Source: Comamonadaceae bacterium PBBC1
GTDB lineage: Bacteria; Pseudomonadota; Gammaproteobacteria; Burkholderiales; Burkholderiaceae_C
Length of the DNA stretch: 64,000 bases
Assembly (NCBI GenBank): GCA_002256145.1
Contig: NKIP01000001.1
Location: 130,090 to 194,089 of the forward strand
Direction of reading: 5' to 3'
Positions 40,675 to 49,752 of the stretch are shown in pieces. The stretch's first letter is position 1, and the number at the start of each line of letters is the position of its first letter. Position numbers and translations under genes: made by a program. The notes under the pieces were generated by a model, which worked only from the letters and a program-made list of their open reading frames with translations, had not been told where the DNA came from and searched no databases.

Positions 40675-41246
40675 TCCGAAGCCGCATCCCCATTGGGGCA
40701 AGAAGCGGGCACTTTGGCCTCCACCCCATTGCGATGCACCCAAGGGGCCACGGCGGCGGTGGCCCACAAACCTTTTTTGGCGGTGCGGGCCGATGCGTGA
40801 GCTGCTGCGTAGGCTTGGCGCTGCCGGATGTCGATTTCGCATTGGTAGGCTTCGTAATACCAGGCCGCACCAGACGCAACTTGGTTCAAGTTGACTTGGC
40901 TGCAATCGAGCTTGAAGACGGTACCCACCACCCTGTCGTAGGCGTCTTTTTGGGCATAAGTGACGGTGACGCTCTGGCCCAAGACCATGGCAGCTAAATG
41001 CGCCCGTGACGATGGGCCATAGGCTTGATCCAACTCGGGGGCGTCGATGCTGGCCAGCCGGATCGACTCACCACCCACGGTGATCGTGTCGCCGTCGTGC
41101 ACCGATGTGACCGTGCCAGTGATGCGCTGCGTGCCAACGCTCACGCCGCAATGGGTGTTGCCCGATGCAGGCGCAAAACTCGCACCATCCCCGCCACCGC
41201 ACGCCGACAGGGCCACTGCAATCATGAACAACAAAGACCTCATCAT
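40671..41246 (-). CDS. Thermonuclease (SNase-like) lipoprotein, copy 1
   Basis: Lipobox LSAC; SNase motifs HDGDT, IRLASIDAPE, DAYDR, KKGLW. Confidence 0.9.
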   Translation of the reverse strand: MMRSLLFMIAVALSACGGGDGASFAPASGNTHCGVSVGTQRITGTVTSVHDGDTITVGGESIRLASIDAPELDQAYGPSSRAHLAAMVLGQSVTVTYAQKDAYDRVVGTVFKLDCSQVNLNQVASGAAWYYEAYQCEIDIRQRQAYAAAHASARTAKKGLWATAAVAPWVHRNGVEAKVPASCPNGDAASD

Positions 41247-41326
41247 GGCTGCATGCTTAGCCGAGTCAGGCGGTAGAACGAAGCCTCAAAATTCGGTTCA
41301 TCCAAACTTCAATGGCATTGCGCAGG

Positions 41327-41578
41327 CTAGTGCTGCGAAACCAAGGGAAAATCTTGCGGCCTGCGAATAGAGCTCACAGACAAGTCCACATCCAGCTGCG
41401 GCCAATACAAGTGGTCCGGCGTTGGCCACTCCACAGTTGTCAACTGCTCAACGGTGGCCTGCTTGAACCATGGGAATTGATCAAAAGGCAAAAGCAGTTC
41501 CTCATCGCCCAACAGCAGCCAAAAGCCGTGTTTGGACACATTGGTGACTTCAGCCGCCGAAGTGGTGATTCCATGCAT
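41327..41578 (-). CDS. DUF2442-family protein (predicted antitoxin)
   Basis: EVTNVSKHGFWL...LPFDQFPWF...LYWPQLDVDLSV; overlaps the DUF4160 gene. Confidence 0.8.
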   Translation of the reverse strand: MHGITTSAAEVTNVSKHGFWLLLGDEELLLPFDQFPWFKQATVEQLTTVEWPTPDHLYWPQLDVDLSVSSIRRPQDFPLVSQH

Positions 41579-41792
41579 CTTGAATTTCCTTTAGGTGTAA
41601 CTCAACCACCGACTGGGCTTCCTTGAGCTGTTTTGTTGACAAACCGGTGGACGTTGAAAGGGCAACCACCGGTGTAAGCCAAAATTTTGCCTCTCCGTCT
41701 GGGTGCGCAACATGCACATGAATGCGAGGCTCTTCTCTCGAAAAGAAGAACAAACGAAATGCGCCATCGCGAACAACAGTCGGTGCCATCAT
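41550..41792 (-). CDS. DUF4160-family protein (predicted toxin)
   Basis: FRLFFFSREEPRIHVHV...EAKFWL...AWNHHFG. Confidence 0.82.
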   Translation of the reverse strand: MMAPTVVRDGAFRLFFFSREEPRIHVHVAHPDGEAKFWLTPVVALSTSTGLSTKQLKEAQSVVELHLKEIQDAWNHHFGG

Positions 41793-41921
41793 GGGACTCT
41801 AACGGAACTTACCGAATAAAAGTTGAATTCCAGTCAAACATGACCACAGTTCAAACATGACGTAACAGATGAAGAAACAGGCGGAGGGCTTACTGGGGAT
41901 CAGATCTGCTCCTCACGAACC

Positions 41922-42265
41922 TCAAGACCCCCGATAAGTCGAATAACTCCACAGGCTGGCCAGCAGCGGCACATGGTAGTGCTGGTCTTCGTGGGCCACG
42001 CCGAAGTCCAGGCTCACTTTGTTCAAAAAGTTCGGCTCGGGCAGCTCGACACCCTTGGCCTTGAAGTAGCCCGCCACGTCAAACACCAAGCGGTAGGTGC
42101 CTTTGCGCAGGCTGGCGTGGTCGTACAGCAGGCCGTCGGTGTCGGGTGAAGGGTGGGGTCTGTGAAAGACGCGCACCTCACCCAACAACACCACCGCGAT
42201 GCGACTGCCTTCGCGCTCACTCACCTCGGCCCCCAGCTCAACAAACGAGCTTTCGATATCGCGCT
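41922..42265 (-). pseudogene. Chimeric pseudogene: hicA-like toxin fragment fused in frame to the 3' part of a second uraH
   Basis: RDIESSFVELGAEVSEREGSRIAVVLLGEVRVFHRPHPSPDT (HicA-like, preceded by a TAG where Trp is expected) joined at CCGAC (42135-42139) to DGLLYD...YSTYRGS (67/71 aa identical to uraH at 45603). Confidence 0.8.
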
Positions 42266-42332
42266 ATGGGATATGAAGGCCGTTTTGTTGCGAAAGTTGT
42301 CATTTTGACTACACTGATCCGTCGATCCAAAC

Positions 42333-43328
42333 ATGAGCACCTCCATGGACACCCAACCCAGCAGCATGACCGACATCGCCATTTACCAAGCCGAAGGGGG
42401 TGAGGTGGTGGTGCGACTTCAGGGGGAGACGGTTTGGCTTCGTCAAGAGCAGATGACCCAACTTTTCGGGCGAGAAAGGTCGGTCATTACCAAACACATT
42501 CGCAATGTTTTTGCAGAGGATGAACTTGAGGAAAAAAGCAATGTGCAAAATTTGCACATTGCCGGATCCGACAAACCCGTTAAGTTTTACAACCTCGACG
42601 TCATCATCTCAGTCGGTTATCGCGTCAAGTCCGTCCAAGGCACCCGTTTCCGCCAATGGGCAACCACCGTACTTCGCCAGCACCTGACGCAGGGCTACAG
42701 CCTCAACCGCCAGCGGCTGGAGGCCAACGCCCAAGAATTAGAAGCCGCCTTGCTGCTGGTGCGCAAGATTGCACAAAACCCTGAGCTGCCTCAAGACGCT
42801 GAGCGTGGCCTGCTTGACGTGGTCACGCGTTATGCCCGAACGTTTTTTCTGCTGCAGCGCTACGACGAAGGCCTGTTGACCGACCCGCCGCAACAATCAG
42901 GCGGTACTTTGCCCACGGCTGCCCAAGCGCGTGCAGCGCTGGTGCAACTCAAAGCTGATCTGATGCAGCGCGGCGAAGCCACCGACCTGTTTGCCCGCGA
43001 TCGGGGTGACGGTCTGGATGCACTGCTGGGCAATCTGGACCAATCGGTGTTTGGTGAGCCTGCCTACCCTACCGTGGAGACCAAGGCCGCACACTTGCTG
43101 TATTTCGTCATCAAAAATCACCCTTTTGCCGATGGCAACAAGCGCAGTGGTGCTTTTTTGTTTGTGGACTTTTTGGCGCGAAACGGCCGCTTGATGGACG
43201 GCAACGACCAGCCTGTGATCAACGACATTGGACTGGCAGCGCTTGCCTTGCTGGTGGCCGAATCGGCCCCCGATCAAAAAGAGACCCTGATTCGGCTGAT
43301 CATGAACATGCTGGCCCGACAGGACTGA
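42333..43328 (+). CDS. RhuM N-terminal / Fic-Doc fusion protein
   Basis: RhuM-like ETVWLRQEQMTQLFGRERSVITKHI, YNLDVIISVGYRV; Doc-type motif HPFADGNKRSG. Confidence 0.9.
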   Translation: MSTSMDTQPSSMTDIAIYQAEGGEVVVRLQGETVWLRQEQMTQLFGRERSVITKHIRNVFAEDELEEKSNVQNLHIAGSDKPVKFYNLDVIISVGYRVKSVQGTRFRQWATTVLRQHLTQGYSLNRQRLEANAQELEAALLLVRKIAQNPELPQDAERGLLDVVTRYARTFFLLQRYDEGLLTDPPQQSGGTLPTAAQARAALVQLKADLMQRGEATDLFARDRGDGLDALLGNLDQSVFGEPAYPTVETKAAHLLYFVIKNHPFADGNKRSGAFLFVDFLARNGRLMDGNDQPVINDIGLAALALLVAESAPDQKETLIRLIMNMLARQD

Positions 43329-43414
43329 ACAAGGCACAAAAACCGATCTGAGAGCCATTGATCCAAGAATTGAGGCGCTGCATGTTCAGCGGTTGACGCC
43401 TTCGTTGCCCGCAT

Positions 43415-43990
43415 TCAATCCGAAGCCGCATCCCCATTGGGGCAAAAAGCGGGCACTTTGGCCTCCACCCCGTTGCGGTGCACCCAAGGGGCCACGGCGG
43501 CGTTGGCCCACAAACCTTTTTTGGCGGTGCGGGCCGATGCGTGAGCTGCTGCGTAGGCTTGGCGCTGCCGGATGTCGATTTCGCATTGGTAGGCTTCGTA
43601 ATACCAAGCCGCACCTGCCGTAACTTGGTTCAAGTTGACCTGGCTGCAATCGGGCTTGAAGACGGTACCCACCACCCTGTCGTAGGCGTCTTTTTGGGCA
43701 TAAGTGACGGTGACGCTCTGGCCCAAGACCATGGCAGCCAAATGCGCCCGCGACGATGGCCCATAGGCCTGATCCAACTCAGGGGCATCGATGCTGGCCA
43801 GCCGGATCGACTCACCGCCCACGGTGATCGTGTCGCCGTCGTGCACCGATGTGACCGTGCCAGTGATGCGCTGCTTGCCCACGCTGACGCCGCAATGGGT
43901 GTTGCCCGATGCAGGCGCAAAACTCGCACCGTCCCCGCCGCCGCATGCCGACAGGGCCACTGCAATCATGAACAACAAAGACCTCATCAT
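43415..43990 (-). CDS. Thermonuclease (SNase-like) lipoprotein, copy 2
   Basis: 185/191 aa identical to 40671-41246; same catalytic motifs. Confidence 0.9.
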   Translation of the reverse strand: MMRSLLFMIAVALSACGGGDGASFAPASGNTHCGVSVGKQRITGTVTSVHDGDTITVGGESIRLASIDAPELDQAYGPSSRAHLAAMVLGQSVTVTYAQKDAYDRVVGTVFKPDCSQVNLNQVTAGAAWYYEAYQCEIDIRQRQAYAAAHASARTAKKGLWANAAVAPWVHRNGVEAKVPAFCPNGDAASD

Positions 43991-44133
43991 GGCTGCAGCT
44001 TAGCCCAGCTAGGCACGTACGCAAAGCCAAAATAGGGGCTCCCTCCAAATCATGGTGGCCCAGACAAATGCTCAAAAATAGTCCAACGCACCAACACAAC
44101 GGCTGATGCGGACCAAGCGCCTACACTGTCCCC

Positions 44134-44952
44134 ATGTCAAAAACGGATTACACCCCTTGGTATGTCTCACCCAAGCGCAAATGCCAACTTTCGGACTTTG
44201 ACACGGAGCCCCCCGCCAAAGGGCAAGCCTCTGGCAAAGAATTGGAAGAGCACTTGGCAGACATGGGCGAAAAGCTCGACAAACTGCAGAGCACCTTGCA
44301 CGCAGCGAAAAACCGGGGCTTGTTGGTGGTGTTTCAGGGCATGGACACCGCGGGCAAGGATGGCGTGATCCGCAGCGTTTTCACCCACGTCAGCCCCTTG
44401 GGCGTGCGGGCCGAGGCCTTTGGTGTGCCCACCGAGCTGGAGAGCCGCCATGACTTTTTGTGGCGCATCCACGCCAAAGCGCCGGCACTGGGCGAAATGG
44501 TGATTTTCAACCGCAGCCATTACGAAGATGTGCTGGTCACCCGCGTGCGGGGCTTGATTGACGAGGAAACTTGCCAACAACGGTACAACCACATCTTGCA
44601 CTTCGAGTCTTTGCTGCAAGACGCGGGCATCACGGTGTTGAAGTGCTATTTGCACATTTCCAAATCCGAGCAAAAGAAACGCCTGCAAGCCCGGCTGGAC
44701 GACCCGCGCAAACATTGGAAGCTGCAGCCTTCTGACTTTGACGACCGCGAGCTGTGGCCCCAGTTCACCCAAGCCTACGAAGAGGCCCTGAGCGCCACCA
44801 GCACGCCTGAGTCCCCTTGGTACGTGGTGCCCGCCGACAGCAAGCCCTACCGCGACAGCTTCGTGGCGGGGCTGATCGTGCAAACCCTGGAAAACATGAA
44901 ACTGACGACGCCGAAACCCAGTTTTGACCTGTCCAAAGTCAAGCTGACATAA
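44134..44952 (+). CDS. ppk2: Polyphosphate kinase 2 family phosphotransferase
   Basis: QGMDTAGKDG, FNRSHYEDVL, WYVVPADSK. Confidence 0.92.
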   Translation: MSKTDYTPWYVSPKRKCQLSDFDTEPPAKGQASGKELEEHLADMGEKLDKLQSTLHAAKNRGLLVVFQGMDTAGKDGVIRSVFTHVSPLGVRAEAFGVPTELESRHDFLWRIHAKAPALGEMVIFNRSHYEDVLVTRVRGLIDEETCQQRYNHILHFESLLQDAGITVLKCYLHISKSEQKKRLQARLDDPRKHWKLQPSDFDDRELWPQFTQAYEEALSATSTPESPWYVVPADSKPYRDSFVAGLIVQTLENMKLTTPKPSFDLSKVKLT

Positions 44953-45001
44953 GCCCACCTCAAATTAAACGGCCGTATGATGAAACACTTCAAAAAATGA
45001 A

Positions 45002-45439
45002 TTGAACCGGAGACTCAAGATGCTTTTGGAGCCCAAAACCTTTGCTCTGCTTTTCACCGTCGTCTTGTTGGCGGTCACAGCCTATTTTCTGTTGGGCTCT
45101 GTGCCACTGTTGATTCTGAAACACGACAACCCAATGGACTCGCGCTTCATCCGTTCTTTTTACATCACCTATTTTCGAATCGCATTGCTTGCAGCAGTTG
45201 CCGCATGTGCCAGTTATGCATTGGCAGATCGACCCGGTTTGGCTTGTGGGGCCGCAGCCATCGCGCTTTTGACGGTGCTGATGCGCAGACACCTGATCAG
45301 TCGCATGGACGTGCTGGGCGCTCAAATTCAGGCCAATGAACTCGTGGCAATTCCAAGATTTTTAACGATGCACAAATCCGCGATCTTGATCAATACCACT
45401 CAGCTTGTGGCCATCCTGATGAGTTTGACGACCTTCTAA
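45002..45439 (+). CDS. Hypothetical membrane protein
   Basis: 145-aa ORF with about four hydrophobic segments. Confidence 0.65.
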   Translation: MNRRLKMLLEPKTFALLFTVVLLAVTAYFLLGSVPLLILKHDNPMDSRFIRSFYITYFRIALLAAVAACASYALADRPGLACGAAAIALLTVLMRRHLISRMDVLGAQIQANELVAIPRFLTMHKSAILINTTQLVAILMSLTTF

Positions 45440-45602
45440 ACCCGTTTCTTGCGCACAAACAGTGCGCTCATCATTTTCAGCGACCAACCTGTTCTCACGA
45501 TGATTGGCCGACCCCTCGGTCGGCGATCACCACCAACAGCGCTAAGCGCATCAGCCAATCACTGATGTGGGACAGTGCCCCTTAATGGCCATCCCCGCTG
45601 AC

Positions 45603-45956
45603 TCAAGACCCCCTATAAGTCGAATAACTCCACGGGCTGGCCAGCAGCGGCACGTGGTAGTGCTGGTCTTCGTGGGCCACACCAAAGTCCAGACTCACTT
45701 TATTCAAAAAGTTCGGTTCAGGCAGTTCCACGCCCTTAGCTTTGAAGTATTCGCTCACATCAAAGACCAAGCGGTAAGTCCCTTTGCGCAGACTGGCGTG
45801 GTCATACAGCATGCCGTCGGGGTTGCGACCATCGTGGTTGAGGATGAAGCTTTTGACCAAGGTAGCTTGGTCGCCTTGCGTGGTGTACAGGGAAACTTGC
45901 ATGCCCGCGGCGGGGCAGCCGTGCATGGTGTCCAGAACGTGTGTGCTCAATCCCAT
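45603..45956 (-). CDS. uraH: 5-hydroxyisourate hydrolase
   Basis: MGLSTHVLDT...HYHVPLLASPWSYSTYRGS transthyretin-like signature. Confidence 0.96.
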   Translation of the reverse strand: MGLSTHVLDTMHGCPAAGMQVSLYTTQGDQATLVKSFILNHDGRNPDGMLYDHASLRKGTYRLVFDVSEYFKAKGVELPEPNFLNKVSLDFGVAHEDQHYHVPLLASPWSYSTYRGS

Positions 45957-46035
45957 GATGTGCTCGCTTGTCTTGAATAAGGGGTCAAAAAAGGGTGGTT
46001 TTGGCAAGGCTTTGAAAAGCCCTTCAAACCGGTCG

Positions 46036-46056
46036 ACCGAAGTGTATACAATTTTG
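46036..46056 (-). promoter_or_regulatory. Shared 21-bp operator/promoter, copy between uraH and the GntR gene
   Basis: ACCGAAGTGTATACAATTTTG, 20/21 identical to 32088-32108. Confidence 0.75.
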
Positions 46057-46127
46057 CTTTCGGCGGCTATGATTTGCGCCACCGACACAAAAACACTTGG
46101 GTTCACACCCCAAAGAGACCGCGAGAC

Positions 46128-46793
46128 ATGGAAACCTCCACCACGCACCACATCGTCGAATCGCTGACCCGCGCCATCGTGGAGCACCGGCTTTTGCCCG
46201 GCTCCAAACTGGCCGAGCAAAAGCTGGCCGACCACTTTGGCGTGTCGCGCACGCTGGTGCGCCAGGCGCTGTTTCAGCTGTCGCAAAACCGCCTGATCCG
46301 ACTCGAACCCGCCCGCGGCGCGTTTGTGGCCGCCCCCTCGGTTGAAGAAGCGCAGCAGGTCTTTGCCGTGCGCCGCATGCTTGAAGCCGAGATGACCCGC
46401 GCCTTTGTGCAGCAGGTCACGCCCGAACAAATCGTGGCCCTCAAAGACCACATTCGGCAAGAACGTGAAGCCGTGACGCAGGGCGACGTGACGGGCCGCA
46501 CCGAATTGCTGGGCGACTTTCATGTGCGCATGGCCGAGTTGATGCACAACGATGTGTTGGCTCAAGTGCTGGGCGAACTGATCTCGCGCTGCGCTTTGAT
46601 CACCCTGATGTACCAATCGCGCAACGAGGCCGAGCACTCCACCGACGAGCATGTGGCCTTGGTCGCCGCTCTGGAGGCAAAGGACTCGGACCTGGCCGTG
46701 CAATTGATGCACGAACACCTGTTGCACGTCGAAGCCAGCCTGACCTTTGACCGCAAAGTCCCCACCCATGACATTTCTTTGGCCTTGGCCTGA
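46128..46793 (+). CDS. GntR (FCD) transcriptional regulator
   Basis: PGSKLAEQKLADHFGVSRTLVRQAL wHTH; FH...H...EH FCD residues. Confidence 0.92.
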   Translation: METSTTHHIVESLTRAIVEHRLLPGSKLAEQKLADHFGVSRTLVRQALFQLSQNRLIRLEPARGAFVAAPSVEEAQQVFAVRRMLEAEMTRAFVQQVTPEQIVALKDHIRQEREAVTQGDVTGRTELLGDFHVRMAELMHNDVLAQVLGELISRCALITLMYQSRNEAEHSTDEHVALVAALEAKDSDLAVQLMHEHLLHVEASLTFDRKVPTHDISLALA

Positions 46794-46810
46794 CCCCTCG
46801 GAGTACAAGC

Positions 46811-47761
46811 ATGAGCACCTATGACAGCACCCTCCCCTATCCCCGCGACTTGAAGGGCTACGGCCGCCATGTGCCGCATGCCCAATGGCCTGGTGGTGCC
46901 CGCGTGGCGGTGCAGTTTGTCTTGAACTACGAAGAAGGTGGCGAAAACTCGGTGCTGCATGGCGACGCAGGCTCCGAGCAGTTTTTGTCCGAGATGTTCA
47001 ACCCCGCGTCATTTCCCGAGCGGCACATCAGCATGGAAGGCATTTACGAATACGGCTCGCGGGCGGGCGTGTGGCGCATCCTGCGGGAGTTTGAAAAACG
47101 CGGCTTGCCGCTCACGGTGTTTGGCGTGGCCACCGCGCTGCAAAAGCACCCCGAGTTGACGGCTGCCTTCCAGGAACTGGGCTATGACATCGCTTGCCAT
47201 GGCCTCAAGTGGATCCACTACCAAAATGTCGATGAAGCCACCGAGCGTGCCCACATGGCCGAAGCGATGGAGATCATTCAAAAGCTGACCGGTGAGCGGC
47301 CCCTGGGTTGGTACACCGGGCGCGACAGCCCCAACACACGCCGCTTGGTGTCCGACTTTGGCGGTTTTGAGTACGACAGCGACTACTACGGCGACGACCT
47401 GCCGTTTTGGATGAAGGTGCGCAAGTCAGACGGCACCGATGCGCCGCAACTCATCGTGCCCTACACCCTGGACTGCAACGACATGCGCTTTGCGTTGCCC
47501 CAGGGCTATTCGCACGCCGACCCGTTCTTTCAGTACATGAAGGACACCTTTGACGCGCTGTACGCCGAAGGCAATCCAGATGGCGACAACGCCCCCAAAA
47601 TGATGAGCATCGGCATGCACTGCAGACTGCTCGGCCGCCCCGGACGCATCACCGCGCTGCAACGCTTTTTGGACCACATCCAGTCGCACGACAAAGTGTG
47701 GGTGGCGCGGCGCATCGACATTGCGCGGCATTGGAAAGCGACACATCCCTATGCAGAGTGA
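46811..47761 (+). CDS. puuE: Allantoinase PuuE (polysaccharide deacetylase fold)
   Basis: YPRDLKGYG, VLNYEEGGE, YEYGSRAGVWR, GWYTGRDSPNT. Confidence 0.95.
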   Translation: MSTYDSTLPYPRDLKGYGRHVPHAQWPGGARVAVQFVLNYEEGGENSVLHGDAGSEQFLSEMFNPASFPERHISMEGIYEYGSRAGVWRILREFEKRGLPLTVFGVATALQKHPELTAAFQELGYDIACHGLKWIHYQNVDEATERAHMAEAMEIIQKLTGERPLGWYTGRDSPNTRRLVSDFGGFEYDSDYYGDDLPFWMKVRKSDGTDAPQLIVPYTLDCNDMRFALPQGYSHADPFFQYMKDTFDALYAEGNPDGDNAPKMMSIGMHCRLLGRPGRITALQRFLDHIQSHDKVWVARRIDIARHWKATHPYAE

Positions 47762-47815
47762 ACGCGTTGTCCCAAACCCCATTTGCACGATGGTCGGTGG
47801 ACCACCACTGGCGCT

Positions 47816-47936
47816 ATCGCCCACAGGGTGGGCTCCTACGAAGACAGGGAACCTCTCACCCGCTGTAGGAGCGCACCCCGTGCGCGATGGTTCGAGAACC
47901 ACCGCCGCCCTTATCGCCCACAGGGTGGGCTCCTAC
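47816..47936. repeat. GTAG-family REP/REPIN cluster
   Basis: ATCGCCCACAGGGTGGGCTCCTAC at 47816-47839 and 47913-47936; inverted GTAGGAGCGCACCCCGTGCGCGAT at 47865-47888. Confidence 0.85.
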
Positions 47937-47976
47937 AAAAAGACAACGGCCTATTCAAACCTGCACGGAAATACCC

Positions 47977-49752
47977 ATGTCCTTGACACTTGAACAACTC
48001 AACAGCGCCAGCCGCGAAGACGCCGCGCAGATGCTCGACGGCCTTTACGAGCATTCGCCGTGGATCGCCGAGCAGGCGCTCAACGAACGCCCCTTCACCT
48101 CGCTGGCCCACCTCAAGCACGCCATGTGCGAGGTTTTGACACACGCCGGGCGCGACGCGCAGCTGGGCCTGATCCGCGCCCACCCGGAATTGGCGGGCAA
48201 GGCCATGGTGAGCAAGTCGCTTACGGCCGAGTCCACCAACGAACAAACCAAGGCGGGCCTGACCGACTGCACGCCCGAAGAGTTCGCCAAGATCCAAAAG
48301 CTCAACGCCGACTACAACGCCAAGTTCGGCTGGCCCTTCATCCTGGCGGTGCGTGGTCCGCGTGGCGTGGGCTTGAACAAAAAACAGATCATCGACGCCT
48401 TCGAGCGCCGCCTGTTCGGCCACCCCGACTTTGAGTTGGCCGAGTGCCTGCGCCACATTCACCGGATCGTCGAGATCCGCCTGAACGACAAGTTTGGCGT
48501 GGAGCCGACGCTGGGCCACCAGGTCTGGGACTGGCAAGAACAACTCGCGCAGCACTCCGACCCCGGCTTTGCCGAACTGGGTCAACTCACCGTCACGTAC
48601 CTCACCGACGCGCACCGCGCTTGCGCCCAACGCATCACGCAAAACATGCGCGACTGCGGTTTTGACGAGGTCTCTACCGATGCCGTGGGCAACGTGGTGG
48701 GCCGTTACCACCCGGCCACCGCAGGCGGCAAATACCTGATGACCGGCAGCCACTACGACACCGTGCGCAACGGCGGCAAGTACGACGGGCGCTTGGGCAT
48801 CTTTGTGCCCATGGCCTGCGTGCAGCAGCTGCACCAACAAGGCAAACGACTGCCCTTTGGCATTGAGGTCGTGGCCTTTGCCGAAGAAGAAGGCCAGCGC
48901 TACAAAGCCACCTTCTTGGGCTCGGGCGCACTCATTGGCCAGTTCAACCCCGCTTGGCTGGACCAGCAAGACGCCGACGGCATCACCATGCGCGCGGCCA
49001 TGCAGCACGCGGGCTTGAACATCGACGACATCCCCAACATCCAGCGCGACCCGGCGCAATACCTCGGCTTTATCGAAGTGCACATCGAGCAAGGCCCGGT
49101 GCTCAATGAAGTGAACATCCCGCTGGGCGTGGTCACCTCCATCAACGGCAGCGTGCGCTACCTGTGCGAAGTGATTGGCACCGCCAGCCACGCAGGCACC
49201 ACCCCCATGGACCGCCGCCGCGACGCAGCCTGCGCCGTGGCCGAACTCGCGCTGTACATGGAGCAACGCGCTGCGAAAGACGGCGACAGTGTGGCCACCA
49301 TTGGTCAGCTGCAAGTGCCCAACGGCTCGATCAACGTGGTGCCCGGCCGCTGCCTGTTCAGCCTGGACATGCGTGCGCCCACCGATGCACAGCGCGACGC
49401 GCTGGTGGCGGATGTGATGGCGCAATTGCAGGCCATTGCTGAGCGCCGAGGTGTGCGCGTCAAAGCCGAGCTGACCATGAGCGCCGACGCCGCCCCCAGC
49501 GCCCCCGAATGGCAAGCCCGTTGGGAACGCGCCGTGAGCGCCTTGGGCGTGCCATTGTTCAAACTGCCCAGCGGGGCAGGCCACGACGCGATGAAGCTGC
49601 ACGAAGTCATGCCACAAGCCATGCTGTTTGTGCGTGGCGAAAACGGGGGCATCAGCCACAACCCACGCGAATCGACCACCAGCGACGACATGCAACTGTG
49701 TGTCGACGCCTTCACCCATGTTTTGAACCAACTCTCTCAGGAATTGTCATGA
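47977..49752 (+). CDS. uraD: OHCU decarboxylase (UraD) fused to an allantoate amidohydrolase (M20)
   Basis: YEHSPW, RAHPELAG, STNEQ, YNAKFGWPFI N-terminal domain; GSHYDT..GGKYDG, EEEG, HIEQG, HAGTTPM, GAGHDA C-terminal domain. Confidence 0.92.
   Translation: MSLTLEQLNSASREDAAQMLDGLYEHSPWIAEQALNERPFTSLAHLKHAMCEVLTHAGRDAQLGLIRAHPELAGKAMVSKSLTAESTNEQTKAGLTDCTPEEFAKIQKLNADYNAKFGWPFILAVRGPRGVGLNKKQIIDAFERRLFGHPDFELAECLRHIHRIVEIRLNDKFGVEPTLGHQVWDWQEQLAQHSDPGFAELGQLTVTYLTDAHRACAQRITQNMRDCGFDEVSTDAVGNVVGRYHPATAGGKYLMTGSHYDTVRNGGKYDGRLGIFVPMACVQQLHQQGKRLPFGIEVVAFAEEEGQRYKATFLGSGALIGQFNPAWLDQQDADGITMRAAMQHAGLNIDDIPNIQRDPAQYLGFIEVHIEQGPVLNEVNIPLGVVTSINGSVRYLCEVIGTASHAGTTPMDRRRDAACAVAELALYMEQRAAKDGDSVATIGQLQVPNGSINVVPGRCLFSLDMRAPTDAQRDALVADVMAQLQAIAERRGVRVKAELTMSADAAPSAPEWQARWERAVSALGVPLFKLPSGAGHDAMKLHEVMPQAMLFVRGENGGISHNPRESTTSDDMQLCVDAFTHVLNQLSQELS

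Noticed and set aside
41797-41803. GTTAGAG before the DUF4160 gene as an integron core site
   Set aside because: Imperfect GTTRRRY, no attC palindrome after DUF2442 and no intI in the window.
45603-46808. 401-aa ORF ending in the UraH signature
   Set aside because: The N-terminal part is antisense to the GntR gene; real uraH starts at 45956.
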